Shown: positions 28,768 through 40,125 of the stretch, piece after piece
Position numbering within the stretch: position 1 is the first letter of the stretch
Layout: every line of letters begins with the position of its first letter
Origin: Terriglobia bacterium
Lineage (GTDB): Bacteria > Acidobacteriota > Terriglobia > 2-12-FULL-54-10
Direction of reading: 5' to 3'
Assembly: GCA_965222345.1 (NCBI GenBank)
Contig: CBDCTS010000007.1
Span: 43,853 to 107,852 of the forward strand
Length of the DNA stretch: 64,000 nucleotides
Position numbers and translations under genes: made by a program
The notes under the pieces: model-generated
Told to the model about the DNA's origin: nothing
Databases searched by the model: none
The model's input: the letters and a program-made list of their open reading frames with translations, nothing else

Positions 28768-31700
28768 TTAGAACTCGAAACGCAGACCGAACTGAATCTG
28801 CCGCGCCGAGCCGGTCGTCGAAGTGATCTGCCCTGCGGAGTTGGGAATTTCTCCTAGACCATCGTCGCCGCGGTCGTCAAACACGTTCCTCTCGTCGTCT
28901 TCCGGAGCGCGGAAATTCGGCCGGTTGAACAGATTGAAGAACTCCGACCGGAACTCCAGACTCTTTGACTCTCCAACGGCAAAACGTTTCTTCAGAGTGA
29001 AGTCGAATACAAAATTCCCCGGACCCACCAGCGCGGTACGGCTCATGTTTCCGAGGTATCCTTCTGGCGGCAATTCGAACAGCGCGGCCGCGTCGAAGTA
29101 CTGCTCCGGATTATTGGGATTCACCGCATTGCGCAGGTTCACGCCAGGCTTCACATTCGGCCTCAGACTGTCTCCGCCGCTGCGAGTCAGCATATTCGCA
29201 TTGTCGAATTCCATGTAAGGCGTGAATGGATGTCCCGTGGAGACGGTGAAGATTCCGCCCAATTGCCAGCCTCCCAGCACATTCCTGGCCATTGCATTCG
29301 TGTCCGCCAACTCAGGCAGGTTGTAGTTCGCGTTCGACGTGAAGACGTGCCGTGCGTCAAAGGCAGACAGTCCCCTCTCCGTATGAGGCTGGTAGAGGTT
29401 CTGAAGCGAAACCGTGTTTCCACCTTCCGAGCTGTATGTGAAGATGCTTCCGTTGTCGATGCTCTTCGACCACGTGTAGGAGGACTGGAATTGCAACCCT
29501 CCCGAACGGCGCTGCAGTTGTAACTGAAGCGAATTGTAGGAGCTGTGCCCCCCCGTTGCACGGTACTGCATGGTCCCAAAGTTCGGATTCACACGCCCTT
29601 CCGGATCGCCCGGATGAGCATCCTCATCGAAGAAGATCCGACCGCTGCTGTCGAACGACGGAATCCGGGTATTCGCATTCAAATACATCTGCGATGTATG
29701 TACTCCCTGTGCTCCCACGTACCACATTCCCAGGGACGTATTCGGCATGATTTCATGCTGGAAACCCATGTTGTACTGGATTCGGTAGGGCTGGTCGATC
29801 TCCGCCTCCGATAGAGTCAAATCAAAAGGCCGGTTCGCTGTGGCCAGAACTTGCTCAATCGACCCCGGAAATACTGCGCCGTTGATGCGCCGCGCCAGTC
29901 GGAACGGTGGATTGTTCTGGATGGTGGGAAGGTGATAGTAGGTCGTCAGAGGATCCATAAACAGTCCAAAGCCGCCGCGAACCGCCGTTCGCTGCGTGCC
30001 GGTGACGTCCCAGGCAAAGCCAACTCGCGGCGCAAAGTTCTTGAAGGTGGGATTTCTGGACCACCACGTATGGCCCGTCGTCAACTCAGGATCGGTCAGG
30101 TTCCGCAGCGTGGACTGATGGGGCAGCTGATCTCGAGGCGTGGTAACGATTTCATACCGCATTCCAAGGTTCAACGTCAAATTGGGAGTCGCGCGGATAT
30201 CATCTTGCACGTATGCGCCGTACATCTCCTGGAAGATGCTCGCGCGGCGGCCCAGAGCCTGCGGGTCCTGTACCTCCCAGCGCTGGGTATCGGCCTGGAG
30301 AAATTGACGGATCCCCCTGAATCGGAATCGGCCGCCGCCGCCGGTGCGCCCATCCGTCACGTAACGGAATCCAAACCGGTAGGCCTCAAATCCGAATTTC
30401 AAAGTGTGGCTGCCTCTAACAACCGTCAGGTTATCGGAAAACTGCCAAGTATTCAGAACCAGATCGCGGCCGGAGGTGGAGCTTTCGGTAAAGTTATATT
30501 CCAGACGGCCCAATCCGCTTATATCAAAGGTTTGCCACTCGGCCCCGGGAAGAAAGGCAAGGCTCTGAGGAAAATCATAGAGTGGGATATGCAGTTCCAG
30601 ACCCTTGCTTCGATTGAAGCCGGCATTGAAGGTATTCAGAGTCGTGGGAGTAAAGCTGTGCGTGTACCGCAGCGTTACATATTGAGCCCGCGATTTTTGG
30701 TTGGTTTCAAACGTAGGCATTCCACCCCTGGGCGCCGGATTGACTATTACACCCTGATTAAACGTATAGCTGCCTGAAAGCATATCGGAGTCGGACAACG
30801 TATGATCCATCTTGCCCACGATATAGTTTTCGTCAGCGCTGGTGGCAAACGTATGAGCGATCTGGGCGCTCCCGCGGCTCTCGTTCTCGCTTCCGGCCAC
30901 GTTCGGCAGCGGTATGGAATCGATATACGGTTGCACTACAGGCTCCACTCCAATGAACCTCCCGCCCAGATATCCCATACGGGCCTGCGGACTCAGGACG
31001 TTGGCTACTGTTGTCGCAGCGGACCGGTCCCGCAACCCCTCATAGGCGCCGAAGAAGAACAAACGATCCCGCAATATAGGGCCGCCGGCCGAACCGCCAA
31101 ACTGGTTCCTCTTGAACTCCGGCTTGAATCCACCCGCGAAGCGGTTGTTCTCCCACCGGTTTGCATCGAAGTTGTCGTTTCGCAAAAACTCGAATGCCGA
31201 CCCGTGTAGCTGGTTCGTTCCCGATTTGTGCACTACGTTGATGACCCCGCCGGCCGATTTGCCATACTCGGACGAGTAGGTATTGGTCAGAACCTGAAAC
31301 TCCTGAATCGCGTCCACGCCCAGGTTGTTTCCCGTCACGCTGCCGGGCGTCGTGCCGGCGCCGTCGGCAATGTCCAGACCATTCAGCCGGTAACTTACCT
31401 GATTTGCGCGGGCTCCGCCAATCGACATCCGTATGCCCATTCCGCGGTTCAACTCAGCATTCTGCTCGCGGTACTGCACCACACCCGGCTGCAGCAGAAC
31501 AAGCTGCACATAATCGCGGCCATTCAGCGGCAGCTCGCTGATCTGCTCTTCAGCTACCAGGTTCCCCACCGCCGATGTTGTAGTATCCACCAGCGGCGCT
31601 TCTCCAACCACCGTAACCGTTTCGGCTACCGCGCCGGGATTCAGCGTGAAGTTGATGACGGCCTGCTGTCCCAGTGTAAGCCGCACGCCCGTCCGGGATA

Positions 31701-31968
31701 CGGTCTGGAATCCTCCGGACGTTGCCTGCAGACTGTATTGCCCGAGGGCAAGATTCGGAACCAGGTATCGGCCGCGAGAATCCGTCATGATTTGCTGGAC
31801 ACTCCCGATCTCCTCATGGTTGATCGTGACCTCCGCGCCGGGGATAACCGCTCCCGTTGTGTCCCGCACAGTCCCCGATATAGTCCCCGTTGTTACCTGG
31901 GCTGCCGCCAGCCCCGGCAGGATCATCATCGTCAGAACCACTAACTGAAATCGTTGCAGAATGCTCAT
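28768..31968 (-). CDS. TonB-dependent receptor with N-terminal carboxypeptidase-regulatory-like domain (Acidobacteria-type, 1066 aa)
   Basis: Signal peptide. QVTTGTISGTVRDTTGAVIPGAEVTI CarboxypepD_reg segment, plug and barrel regions. C-terminal …GSARQIQFGLRFEF. Confidence 0.85.
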   Translation of the reverse strand: MSILQRFQLVVLTMMILPGLAAAQVTTGTISGTVRDTTGAVIPGAEVTINHEEIGSVQQIMTDSRGRYLVPNLALGQYSLQATSGGFQTVSRTGVRLTLGQQAVINFTLNPGAVAETVTVVGEAPLVDTTTSAVGNLVAEEQISELPLNGRDYVQLVLLQPGVVQYREQNAELNRGMGIRMSIGGARANQVSYRLNGLDIADGAGTTPGSVTGNNLGVDAIQEFQVLTNTYSSEYGKSAGGVINVVHKSGTNQLHGSAFEFLRNDNFDANRWENNRFAGGFKPEFKRNQFGGSAGGPILRDRLFFFGAYEGLRDRSAATTVANVLSPQARMGYLGGRFIGVEPVVQPYIDSIPLPNVAGSENESRGSAQIAHTFATSADENYIVGKMDHTLSDSDMLSGSYTFNQGVIVNPAPRGGMPTFETNQKSRAQYVTLRYTHSFTPTTLNTFNAGFNRSKGLELHIPLYDFPQSLAFLPGAEWQTFDISGLGRLEYNFTESSTSGRDLVLNTWQFSDNLTVVRGSHTLKFGFEAYRFGFRYVTDGRTGGGGRFRFRGIRQFLQADTQRWEVQDPQALGRRASIFQEMYGAYVQDDIRATPNLTLNLGMRYEIVTTPRDQLPHQSTLRNLTDPELTTGHTWWSRNPTFKNFAPRVGFAWDVTGTQRTAVRGGFGLFMDPLTTYYHLPTIQNNPPFRLARRINGAVFPGSIEQVLATANRPFDLTLSEAEIDQPYRIQYNMGFQHEIMPNTSLGMWYVGAQGVHTSQMYLNANTRIPSFDSSGRIFFDEDAHPGDPEGRVNPNFGTMQYRATGGHSSYNSLQLQLQRRSGGLQFQSSYTWSKSIDNGSIFTYSSEGGNTVSLQNLYQPHTERGLSAFDARHVFTSNANYNLPELADTNAMARNVLGGWQLGGIFTVSTGHPFTPYMEFDNANMLTRSGGDSLRPNVKPGVNLRNAVNPNNPEQYFDAAALFELPPEGYLGNMSRTALVGPGNFVFDFTLKKRFAVGESKSLEFRSEFFNLFNRPNFRAPEDDERNVFDDRGDDGLGEIPNSAGQITSTTGSARQIQFGLRFEF

Positions 31969-32502
31969 GCGTCCTCCTTAGGAATTAGGTCCAATGTCTC
32001 TTAACGAACAAGGCTTTCCCTTTGATGAATAATTGCTAAATTGACCGCCCGTTTCTGGGACAAGTTGAATGATACTCAAGCAGGAAAAAATATTAGTCTG
32101 TTAAACCAAAATCTTGCCTATTATAGCTTGCTGTTTACGATTTGCAACACAAATGCGAGTTAGAGTTGGTCTCAAGAATAGTTCTTTGGCAACCGGAAGA
32201 AAAGAAAGAGGGTTGCAGAGCAGAGGGGACAGGGCAAACGAAAGCAGTTCTGGCGTTTGTGACGCCAAACCAACGTCGTGCATGTACGCTGGGAAGTCAG
32301 CGGCGAGCAGGGGGCTTTGCTGGAACTGATCCTACGTTCAAAGCGACGGCTCGATAGGAAGGGGCAGCTACCGAAGGACCTGCGTAGGGTGTTGAACCGG
32401 GCAGGGCAGGCATTCTTTCCTGCCCCGGGCGTACAGCGTACCTCGCGCCGTCCGTGTCCGTGCTGCTTCGCCCCGCGAAAGCCACTTGATTGATGATGAA
32501 AA

Positions 32503-32577
32503 TGGTAGCGCTACCGGGAATCGAACCCGGGTTTTGAGATTGAGAATCTCACGTCCTAACCCCTAGACGATAGCGCC
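32503..32577 (-). tRNA. tRNA-Glu (anticodon CUC)
   Basis: Folded by hand on the minus strand: GGCGCUA|UC|GUC-UAGGGGUUAG-GAC|G|UGAGA-UUCUCAA-UCUCA|AAAC|CCGGG-UUCGAUU-CCCGG|UAGCGCU|A|CCA. Canonical cloverleaf closely resembling E. coli tRNA-Glu, with G1·U72 and encoded CCA. Confidence 0.8.
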
Positions 32578-32856
32578 GCTGGAAGCCTTCCTGCCCGTTA
32601 CGCAAATTTATGCTACTGGATTCCCCGGCGTCAGGTCAAGACTTTCGGATCTTGCCGGATCGGACGCTTCCGCAACAGACCGATCAGGGCATCGACCGGC
32701 TCCAGGTTGGAGGTTTCGATGGCAGCTCAAATGCCGAAAAACAGACTCGCGGCGAGTGACGCCACAAGCCCTGCCGCCATCACCTAAAGCGGAACCGTCG
32801 ATGTGATTTTGTTGCTTGGTATGAGGCTGGTTTGCCGGTGCGGCAGCAGGATATTT

Positions 32857-33414
32857 CTAGACCATCATAATTTCTGTTTCCTTGTTCCTGCCCATCTCAT
32901 CCAGCCGGGCAATCCACTGGTCGGTTAATTTCTGCGCCTCGTCATGAGCGCGCCGCTCCTCATCCTCGCCGATCGTTTTATCCTTGAGCAACTTTTTAAT
33001 GGCCTCGTTGGCCTCGCGCCGGGCGTTCCTCACAGCCGTGCGGTGCGACTCCAGCACCTTGTGAAGATGTTTCACCAGATGCTTCCGGCGCTCCTCGGTC
33101 AGCGGAGGAATGGGAACGCGAATCACCTTCCCGTCGTTGAGCGGGTTCAAGCCGAGATCAGCGCTGCGAATTGCCTTTTCAATCAGCGGCATCGCCGTCG
33201 GATCCCAGGCCTGCACCAAAATTGTGGTGGGTTCCGGCACGGAAAGGGTGGCCAATTGATTGACGGGCGTAGGGGTGCCGTAATAATCCACCTTCGTATG
33301 ATCGAGCAGGGTGACGGAGGCCCGGCCAGTACGTAGGGTAGCTAGTTCCGAGCGCAGGTCTTCGCTTACTTTCTCCATTCGCCGCTTTGCTGCGGTGAGA
33401 GCATCTTTTGTCAT
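32857..33414 (-). CDS. frr: Ribosome recycling factor
   Basis: 185 aa, full-length similarity to RRF (…VRVPIPPLTEERRKHLVK…). Confidence 0.9.
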   Translation of the reverse strand: MTKDALTAAKRRMEKVSEDLRSELATLRTGRASVTLLDHTKVDYYGTPTPVNQLATLSVPEPTTILVQAWDPTAMPLIEKAIRSADLGLNPLNDGKVIRVPIPPLTEERRKHLVKHLHKVLESHRTAVRNARREANEAIKKLLKDKTIGEDEERRAHDEAQKLTDQWIARLDEMGRNKETEIMMV

Positions 33415-33457
33415 GAGCTGTTCCCAAGCTGGTTTTCCGGGTCCGCTGGAATCAAGA

Positions 33458-34177
33458 TCAGCCGCTTACCAGCGAACCCACCTTTTCCCCCAGAATGACA
33501 CGCACGATATTTCCTGGCTCATTGAGGTTGAAGACAACGATGGGCAGGCCGTGGTCGCGGCACAGCGAAAGTGCCGTAGAATCCATGACGGCCAAATTCT
33601 GGGAGATCATTTCCAGATAAGAGATTTCCGAAAACATCTTGGCGTCCTTGACCTTGACCGGGTCCGCATCGTATATGCCGTCCACTTTAGTGGCTTTTAA
33701 GATCACCTCGGCCCGAATCTCCATGGCGCGCAAGGCGGCTGCCGTATCGGTGGAAAAAAAAGGATTCCCCGTGCCCGCAGCAAAGATCACCACGCGGCCC
33801 TTTTCCAGATGGCGGAGGGCGCGACGGCGAATGTAAGGCTCCGCGACCTGATGCATCGCCATGGCGGTCATCAGCCGCGTCTGGACTCCTTGTTTTTCCA
33901 GCGCATCCTGCAAAGCGATGCCGTTGATCAGGGTTGCCAGCATGCCCATGTGGTCCGCGGCCACCCGGTCCATGTCCCGGGCCGCTCCGGCAAATCCCCG
34001 GAAGATGTTTCCTCCTCCGATGACCAGGGCCGTTTGAACGCCCAGATGGGTGATCTCGCAGACCTGCTGCGCGATTTCCCGGAAGCGGGCCGCACCGATG
34101 CCGTATCCGGAGGCGCCAGCTAGCGCCTCTCCGCTCAGCTTCAGCAAAACACGATTGAAAACGGGTTTAGGGGACAT
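33458..34177 (-). CDS. pyrH: UMP kinase
   Basis: 239 aa, …[12 protein letters not shown]…[14 protein letters not shown]… Ends in TGA, showing that TGA is a normal stop codon in this genome. Confidence 0.9.
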   Translation of the reverse strand: MSPKPVFNRVLLKLSGEALAGASGYGIGAARFREIAQQVCEITHLGVQTALVIGGGNIFRGFAGAARDMDRVAADHMGMLATLINGIALQDALEKQGVQTRLMTAMAMHQVAEPYIRRRALRHLEKGRVVIFAAGTGNPFFSTDTAAALRAMEIRAEVILKATKVDGIYDADPVKVKDAKMFSEISYLEMISQNLAVMDSTALSLCRDHGLPIVVFNLNEPGNIVRVILGEKVGSLVSG

Positions 34178-34191
34178 GGAGGAAGGAGCTC

Positions 34192-34824
34192 TTAGCTCGC
34201 GTTGGAGGTCCTCTCCGTACTCTCGCCAACCTTAAAACGGACAAAGCGCTGCACGCTGATATTTTCCCTGAGCTTTCCGATCGCGGAGGCGATGATCTGG
34301 CCTACCGTCTGTCCCGGGTCCTTGACAAAGTGCTGCTCCAGAAGACAAACCTCTTCATAGAACTTCTCCATCTTGCCTTGCACAATGCGGTCCAGCACTT
34401 TTTCCGGCTTGCCCAACGCCTGAGCCTGCACCCGGTAAATCTCTTTCTCCTTTTCCAGAATCTCCGGGGTCACTTCTTCCTTGCGGATGAAACGCGGGTC
34501 CGAGGCGGCGATGTGCATTGCAAGATCGTGCGCCAGTTGCTGAAACTCTGCGGTGCGGGCCACAAAGTCGGTTTCGCAGTTCAGCTCCACCAATACTCCG
34601 ATCTTTGAGCCGGCGTGAATGTAGGAGCCGACCAACCCCTCCAGCGTGGCGCGTCCTGCCTTCTTTTGCGCTGCGGCGAGACCTCTCTTGCGCAGAACCA
34701 ATTCCGCTCCGTCCAGGTCTCCTTTGGACTCGGTGAGCGCCGCTTTGCAATCCGACCAGGGGGCGCCGGTCCGCTCTCGAAGTTGCTTCACAGTTTGTGC
34801 TGAAATGTTGCTCTTGGTTTCCAT
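34192..34824 (-). CDS. tsf: Elongation factor Ts
   Basis: 210 aa, N-terminal UBA-like …[19 protein letters not shown]… and EF-Ts core. Confidence 0.9.
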   Translation of the reverse strand: METKSNISAQTVKQLRERTGAPWSDCKAALTESKGDLDGAELVLRKRGLAAAQKKAGRATLEGLVGSYIHAGSKIGVLVELNCETDFVARTAEFQQLAHDLAMHIAASDPRFIRKEEVTPEILEKEKEIYRVQAQALGKPEKVLDRIVQGKMEKFYEEVCLLEQHFVKDPGQTVGQIIASAIGKLRENISVQRFVRFKVGESTERTSNAS

Positions 34825-35061
34825 AATTTTGGGATGACCTGCTATCGGAATCGCTTTTGCCGCCTAGTTCCAGCGATGTTTTTTGCGGAACCTTTACTCC
34901 AGTACTCCAGAGGGGAACAGCGGAACTTCCCCGTTCGCTCCCCTCAACCTGCCCGCATGCAAGTCCTGCTTCCGGATAACCTTTTGCGATTGCAGAACTG
35001 GCTGAGAACCAAACAGCCAAGCGGTGAAGAATGTCACAATATCCGGGCTAGCGTAGTAGTC

Positions 35062-35940
35062 CTACTGGACGCTCCCCGGGGCCGCCACGTTAGGGGTATT
35101 GGCGGGCAAATCTTGCTTCCCTGCCGGTTCAACCGCTGGCCCTTTTCGCAACTCGGAATACGGCAGCGAACTTTCTTCTTCCACGTACGGTGCAGTATCC
35201 TGGCTTTCGGCGGCCTCCTCGGAGGCTCTGCGCTCTTCCTCCAAGGCATTCTCAGCAGCGATTTTTCTTCCTTCCAGGACTGCATCGGCCACTTTGGAGG
35301 CGAATAGACGGATGGCCCGCAAGGCGTCATCATTACCGGGAATGATGTATGTCACCTTATCCGGATCGCAATTGGTGTCCACTACTCCCACTACCGGGAT
35401 TTCCAGCTTGCGCGCCTCGTGAACCGCAATCTCTTCTTTGTGGGAATCAATTACAAAAACGGCGTCCGGAAGGCCGGGCATATCCTTGATGCCGGAGAGG
35501 TTTTGCTCCAGATGCTTCCGTTCACGCTCCAGCTTGATGACTTCTTTTTTGGGCAGCAACTCGTAGCGGCCGTCCTCGGACATCTCATCCAGATCTTTGA
35601 GCCTCTGAATCGACTTCCGAATGGTCTCGAAATTGGTCAGCAACCCGCCCAGCCATCGCTGGTTAACAAAAAACATGGAACATCGCCGGGCCTCTTCGAC
35701 GATAGCTTCCTGCGCCTGCCGCTTGGTTCCTACAAACAGGAGAGTCTTCCCCTCCTTGGCCAACTCCACCACAAACCGAGTGGCTTCCTTAAACATCTTG
35801 AGGGTCTTCTGCAAGTCAATAATATGGATGCCATTGCGTTGCCCGAAAATATACTCCTTCATTTTCGGATTCCAGCGCCTGGTCTGGTGACCAAAGTGAA
35901 CGCCAGCCTCCAACAACTCTTTCATTGTAATTGCCGCCAA
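35062..35940 (-). CDS. rpsB: 30S ribosomal protein S2
   Basis: …[19 protein letters not shown]… with an acidic C-terminal extension. Confidence 0.9.
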   Translation of the reverse strand: MAAITMKELLEAGVHFGHQTRRWNPKMKEYIFGQRNGIHIIDLQKTLKMFKEATRFVVELAKEGKTLLFVGTKRQAQEAIVEEARRCSMFFVNQRWLGGLLTNFETIRKSIQRLKDLDEMSEDGRYELLPKKEVIKLERERKHLEQNLSGIKDMPGLPDAVFVIDSHKEEIAVHEARKLEIPVVGVVDTNCDPDKVTYIIPGNDDALRAIRLFASKVADAVLEGRKIAAENALEEERRASEEAAESQDTAPYVEEESSLPYSELRKGPAVEPAGKQDLPANTPNVAAPGSVQ

Positions 35941-36108
35941 AAACCCTCCTCTTTACGGATTTACTGCGTTTCTGCCCGGGTTCTCCGTTTCGCAGTCGCT
36001 TCCCGAGCCTGAGATTTCCCCTATTTCCGGCTTCTCCAGCCGCCCCTTACCTGCTTTGTTTGGCTGAAAAGCTGAAACCGGATTAGCACGGCTGTTGCAT
36101 CCGTTGCA

Positions 36109-36519
36109 TCAGCGCTTGGAAAACTGGAACCGTTTTCGGGCGCCCTTCTGGCCGTATTTCTTGCGTTCCTTGATCCGCGCATCGCGAGTTATAAAACCCA
36201 TTTTTTTGAGATTCCCCCGCAATTCGGCATCATAAACCAACAGGGCGCGCGTTATCCCCAGCCGGGCCGCCCCGGCCTGTGCCACGACGCCGCCACCTTT
36301 TACATTGATGAGGACATCGAACTTTCCCAGCAATTCCACAACTTGCAAGGGATGCTGAACCACTACCCGCTGCGACTCCGCCAGGAAATAGGCGCCCATC
36401 GGACGGCCATTCACCCGGAAGTCTCCCTTGCCGGGACGCAAAAAGACGCGTGCCACGCTGCACTTGCGCCTTCCAGTCCCGTAATATTGCTCGATTTGCC
36501 CTGTGGGCTGATCTCCCAT
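36109..36519 (-). CDS. rpsI: 30S ribosomal protein S9
   Basis: C-terminal …[18 protein letters not shown]. Confidence 0.9.
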   Translation of the reverse strand: MGDQPTGQIEQYYGTGRRKCSVARVFLRPGKGDFRVNGRPMGAYFLAESQRVVVQHPLQVVELLGKFDVLINVKGGGVVAQAGAARLGITRALLVYDAELRGNLKKMGFITRDARIKERKKYGQKGARKRFQFSKR

Positions 36520-36546
36520 TTTTTCCTTCCAGACTTGTGTAAATAA

Positions 36547-37020
36547 CTACTTGGCCGGGCGTAGCGGGTAAGTCTGCGGCTTCTGCGCCTGATGAGGATG
36601 ATTGTCATCCCGATAAATCATCAACTTTCTCCCCATCGCCTTGCCCAGCTTGTTCTTGGGCAACATTCCGAGCACTGCCGCGCGCACCATGTTTTCCGGC
36701 TTTCGCTCAAACATTTTCTGCGCACTGATCTCCACCAGCCCGCCGGGATAACCCGTATGATGGCGGTACATCTTTTGCGCCAGCTTGTTGCCCGTCAGGC
36801 GCACCTTGGCCGCATTGATTACAATGACGTGATCCCCGAGATTCAGGAAAGGAGTAAATTCCGCTTTATGCTTGCCTCGCAGCAAAGTGGCCACCTGCGT
36901 TGCCAGCCGGCCCAAGACCTGCCCCTTCGCGTCCACGCAATACCATTTTAGTTGCACTTCCCCCTTTGAGGGGAAATAAGTTGACACCTCTACCACCGCC
37001 TCAACAATGTTACAGAACAA
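36547..37020 (-). CDS. rplM: 50S ribosomal protein L13 (true start probably an internal GTG near 36966)
   Basis: …KWYCVDAKGQVLGRLATQVATLLRGKH…TGNK… The N-terminal 18 aa of the ORF are unlike L13. Confidence 0.85.
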   Translation of the reverse strand: MFCNIVEAVVEVSTYFPSKGEVQLKWYCVDAKGQVLGRLATQVATLLRGKHKAEFTPFLNLGDHVIVINAAKVRLTGNKLAQKMYRHHTGYPGGLVEISAQKMFERKPENMVRAAVLGMLPKNKLGKAMGRKLMIYRDDNHPHQAQKPQTYPLRPAK

Positions 37021-37067
37021 TCAGATTAGTGAAGCAAACCCAAATTGTCAAGTAGGAGAGGGCTTTG

Positions 37068-38482
37068 TGTCGTTAGCACATGATATGTCCGGTCTAATTA
37101 ACATGTGAAATGTCCGCTTTGAGCGGCGTAGGGTAGGGCTTTTTGCCAGGAGGTGGCATGAAGTTCTACTCGGAAGCTGCGATGGAGCGGGCGATGAAGA
37201 TACAAGAAGTAATTTTGCGAGCGATAGGGAAGCGGATCAACTGGTGGCAGGCAGCCGAGATCATCGGGATCAGCGACCGGCAGATGAGGCGGTGGCGCAG
37301 CCGGTACGAGCAGTACGGCTACGACGGGCTGTTTGACCGGCGGCGGGGAAAGCCGAGTCCGCGGCGGGTACCCCTGGGGACGGTGGAGAAGGTGTTGGGG
37401 CTGTATCAGGAGAAGTACTTTGACTTCAACGTGCGGCACTTTCACGAAAAGCTGCGGGAAGAGCACGGCCTCCGGCTGAGCTACACCTGGGTGAAGCTGG
37501 CATTGCAAGGGGCGGGGCTAGTGAACAGGAGGCGGAAGCGGGGCCTGCACCGCCAGAGGCGGCCCCGGCGGCCGTTGCCGGGAATGCTGCTGCATCTGGA
37601 TGGGAGCCAGCATCGGTGGTTTGTCGATGATCGCTGGTATGACCTGCTGGTGGTCCTGGATGATGCCAGCAGCGAGATTTACTATGCGCAACTGGTAGAG
37701 CAGGAATCGACGCGGACGGTGCTGGCTGCCCTGCGGGAGGTGGTCGAGCAGCAGGGGATCTTTTGCGCCCTTTATAGCGACCGGGCCAGTCATTTCTTCC
37801 TGACCCGGAAGGCGGGCGAGCCGGTGGATCGGCAACGGCTGACCCAGGTGGGCCGCGCCCTGCGGGAGCTGGGCATTCAGATGATTCCGGCCTATTCGCC
37901 GCAGGCGCGGGGACGCAGCGAGCGGAACTTCGGGACCTGGCAAGGGCGGCTGCCGCAGGAACTGCGCCTGCGGGGAATCATCACGCTAGAGGCAGCGAAT
38001 CGGTTCCTGCGGGAGGGCTATATCGGGGAGTTCAACCGGCGCTTTGCCGTGCCGGCCACCCAACCAGGCAGCGCCTTTTTGCCGTCAGCCAGGCGGGAGT
38101 TAGAGCGAATCTTCTCGATCCAGCACCAGCGGATAGTGAATCGGGACAATACGGTCAGTCTGGAGAACCGCCTCCTCCAGATCGAGAAAACTCCTTGGCG
38201 CGGGACTCTGGCGGGCTGCCGGGTGACCGTCTATGAACACCTGGATGGGACGTTAAGCATTGGCTATGGGCCGCACACGGTGGGCCGCTACTCCTCCGAG
38301 GGGGTGGCGATCCGGTGCGGCGGTCGGCGGCGGAGCCCTGTGGCTTCCCGACAACACCATTTGGCGCTCACCTCCGTCGCCCTACGGGCTCCTTCGGTCA
38401 GCGCCAAATCACTTTCGGTAGAATCATGAAAGCGGACATTTCACTTGCTACATATACCGGACATTTTAACTTGCTAACAACA
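37068..38482 (+). mobile_element. ISNCY/IS1202-like insertion sequence, copy 3 (inverted relative to copies 1 and 2)
   Basis: Same IRs and transposase. Flanked by a 16-bp direct repeat GTAGGAGAGGGCTTTG (37052..37067 and 38483..38498). Inserted 1 bp upstream of a TTGACA-N17-TAATCT promoter-like sequence facing rplM. Confidence 0.85.
37143..38429 (+). CDS. DDE transposase, ISNCY/IS1202-like (identical to copies 1 and 2)
   Basis: 428 aa, identical protein. Confidence 0.8.
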   Translation: MPGGGMKFYSEAAMERAMKIQEVILRAIGKRINWWQAAEIIGISDRQMRRWRSRYEQYGYDGLFDRRRGKPSPRRVPLGTVEKVLGLYQEKYFDFNVRHFHEKLREEHGLRLSYTWVKLALQGAGLVNRRRKRGLHRQRRPRRPLPGMLLHLDGSQHRWFVDDRWYDLLVVLDDASSEIYYAQLVEQESTRTVLAALREVVEQQGIFCALYSDRASHFFLTRKAGEPVDRQRLTQVGRALRELGIQMIPAYSPQARGRSERNFGTWQGRLPQELRLRGIITLEAANRFLREGYIGEFNRRFAVPATQPGSAFLPSARRELERIFSIQHQRIVNRDNTVSLENRLLQIEKTPWRGTLAGCRVTVYEHLDGTLSIGYGPHTVGRYSSEGVAIRCGGRRRSPVASRQHHLALTSVALRAPSVSAKSLSVES

Positions 38483-38794
38483 GTAGGAGAGGGCTTTGGA
38501 CACTGCAAGGGTAGCCCGGTTGACTTAATTTCAGTTGCCGATTCCTGTTGAAATACCGCACTGCACTTGGCTGCCCAGTCCGCGCAGGACCGGGGCAAGG
38601 GAAGCATCCGTTGCAGCACTCCGTTGATATTTCCCCATTTGCCAACCTCCTCTTGTCCTCGATTTGGCCGCCACGGCGCTCTTTACGCATCCGGCCAAAA
38701 AGGCTAGGATGACTAGCCGATCAAACTCCCCCGGCAGGGGATCACCGTTGTGACCTGAAGACATCCATGCCGGGGTGAACGAGGAAACTTCTGC

Positions 38795-39442
38795 TTGCCA
38801 AGCGGCCACACCTCCCTATTCTATCTGCATGGATTTGCTTCCGGTCCGGATTCGAGCAAGGGACAGTTCTTCCTCCAGCGGTTCGCCGAGCTGGGCTACG
38901 AACTCAAGCTGCCGGATTTGACCGAAGGCGACTTTGAAAACACAACGCTCTCACGGCAACTGGCGTTGCTGGACCGGCTGGTGGGAACAGCTCCTGCCGT
39001 TTTGATAGGCTCCAGCATGGGAGCTTACCTGGCGGCGCTGTTTGCGGCAAGGCATCCCAAGCGGGCGCCGGGCGTGGTCCTGCTGGCGCCGGCCTTCGAC
39101 TTGGCGCGAAACGTGGCTGCTTCGCTCGGCGAAGATGCCGTGCGTGAGTGGCGCCAGCGGGGCCAGCGCCAGGTGTACCACTGGGGAGAAAAACAAATCC
39201 GCAATCTTTCCTACAGCCTTTTGGAAGACGCCCTCCAGTACGAGGCCTTCCCCGACCTGCGGCAACCTGTGCTGGTTGTCCACGGACGCGCCGATGAGAC
39301 AGTGGATCACCGCCTTTCGGTCCGGTTCGCCGAAGGCCGCCCAAACGCCGAGCTGGTCCTTTATGACTCGGACCACCAACTGCAGAATGTGCTGCAAGTA
39401 ATCTGGGAGCGCGTCCGCCAATTCACCGCAGAGATCCTTTAG
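38795..39442 (+). CDS. Alpha/beta hydrolase, YqiA/UPF0227-like esterase
   Basis: LFYLHGFASGPDSSKGQF…LIGSSMGAY… and a C-terminal HG…D…H catalytic arrangement. Confidence 0.65.
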   Translation: MPSGHTSLFYLHGFASGPDSSKGQFFLQRFAELGYELKLPDLTEGDFENTTLSRQLALLDRLVGTAPAVLIGSSMGAYLAALFAARHPKRAPGVVLLAPAFDLARNVAASLGEDAVREWRQRGQRQVYHWGEKQIRNLSYSLLEDALQYEAFPDLRQPVLVVHGRADETVDHRLSVRFAEGRPNAELVLYDSDHQLQNVLQVIWERVRQFTAEIL

Positions 39443-39525
39443 AGCCGTTCACAAAAGCTGCCAAAGAATAAGGGCCTCAGCGCCCTGGAAGAGGAGCAAC
39501 TCCGAGGCGTCGGCTGAGGCCTTTC

Positions 39526-40125
39526 TGCCGCCATTACGTAGCGACAGGCATTCCTGCCTGCCCCACCGATCAATGGCTTTCCAGTGGCTTTTTTAGCCAA
39601 ACAAACCCAATCAAACCCAATAACAAAACCATTGCCCGATCTTCTGTATATCTCATAACTCTTTTTATTACAATTGGTTATCTGGATATCAGAAGTTTTG
39701 CAATGGCTTCGTTTTGCAAAAAAAGCTTTTTTCTCCCGCTCCCCTCCCCCCGGAGGGTTTTGACAGTCGGTCTATAGCTCCCCACAACGCCCGTGAAGTC
39801 CCAGCGGGGCGCAAGAGTCTAGCCCACGGCGCCAGCCGTGGGTGGGAAAGACCACTCTGGATCAGCCCCGGATGGTGCGAAAGAAGGAGGCCTTAAACCT
39901 CCCAAACGCCCTCCGGCCCGATTGTCCCTCGCCCAAATTCCGGGAGCAACAAAATTCTTCCGAGGATTCCGAATCTGCCGAGCATTCCGAGAATCCCGAA
40001 ACAGGTAGCGACAGGCATTCCTGTCTGTAAGGTAGCGACAGGGCTCCAGGCCTGTGCTTCTGCGCGCACATGCATCCAAGGCCTGTACGCTAAGGGCAGG
40101 TCAAGAATGCCTGCCCTATTTCCAC
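39526..40125. repeat. Intergenic cluster of short hairpin-forming repeats and a degenerate TTCCGA(G) tandem motif
   Basis: GTAGCGACAGGCATTCCTG(C/T)CTG occurs at ~39538 and ~40003, with a variant at ~40033. An inverted relative GGGCAGG-N9-CCTGCCC lies at ~40093. CATTCCGAG-type 9-mers recur at 39955..40000. Confidence 0.45.

Noticed and set aside
39842-40030. 62-aa ORF (…SEDSESAEHSENPETGSDRH…) in the repeat-rich intergenic region
   Set aside because: Its repetitive Ser/Glu composition simply mirrors the TTCCGAG tandem repeat. There is no start context or conservation signal.
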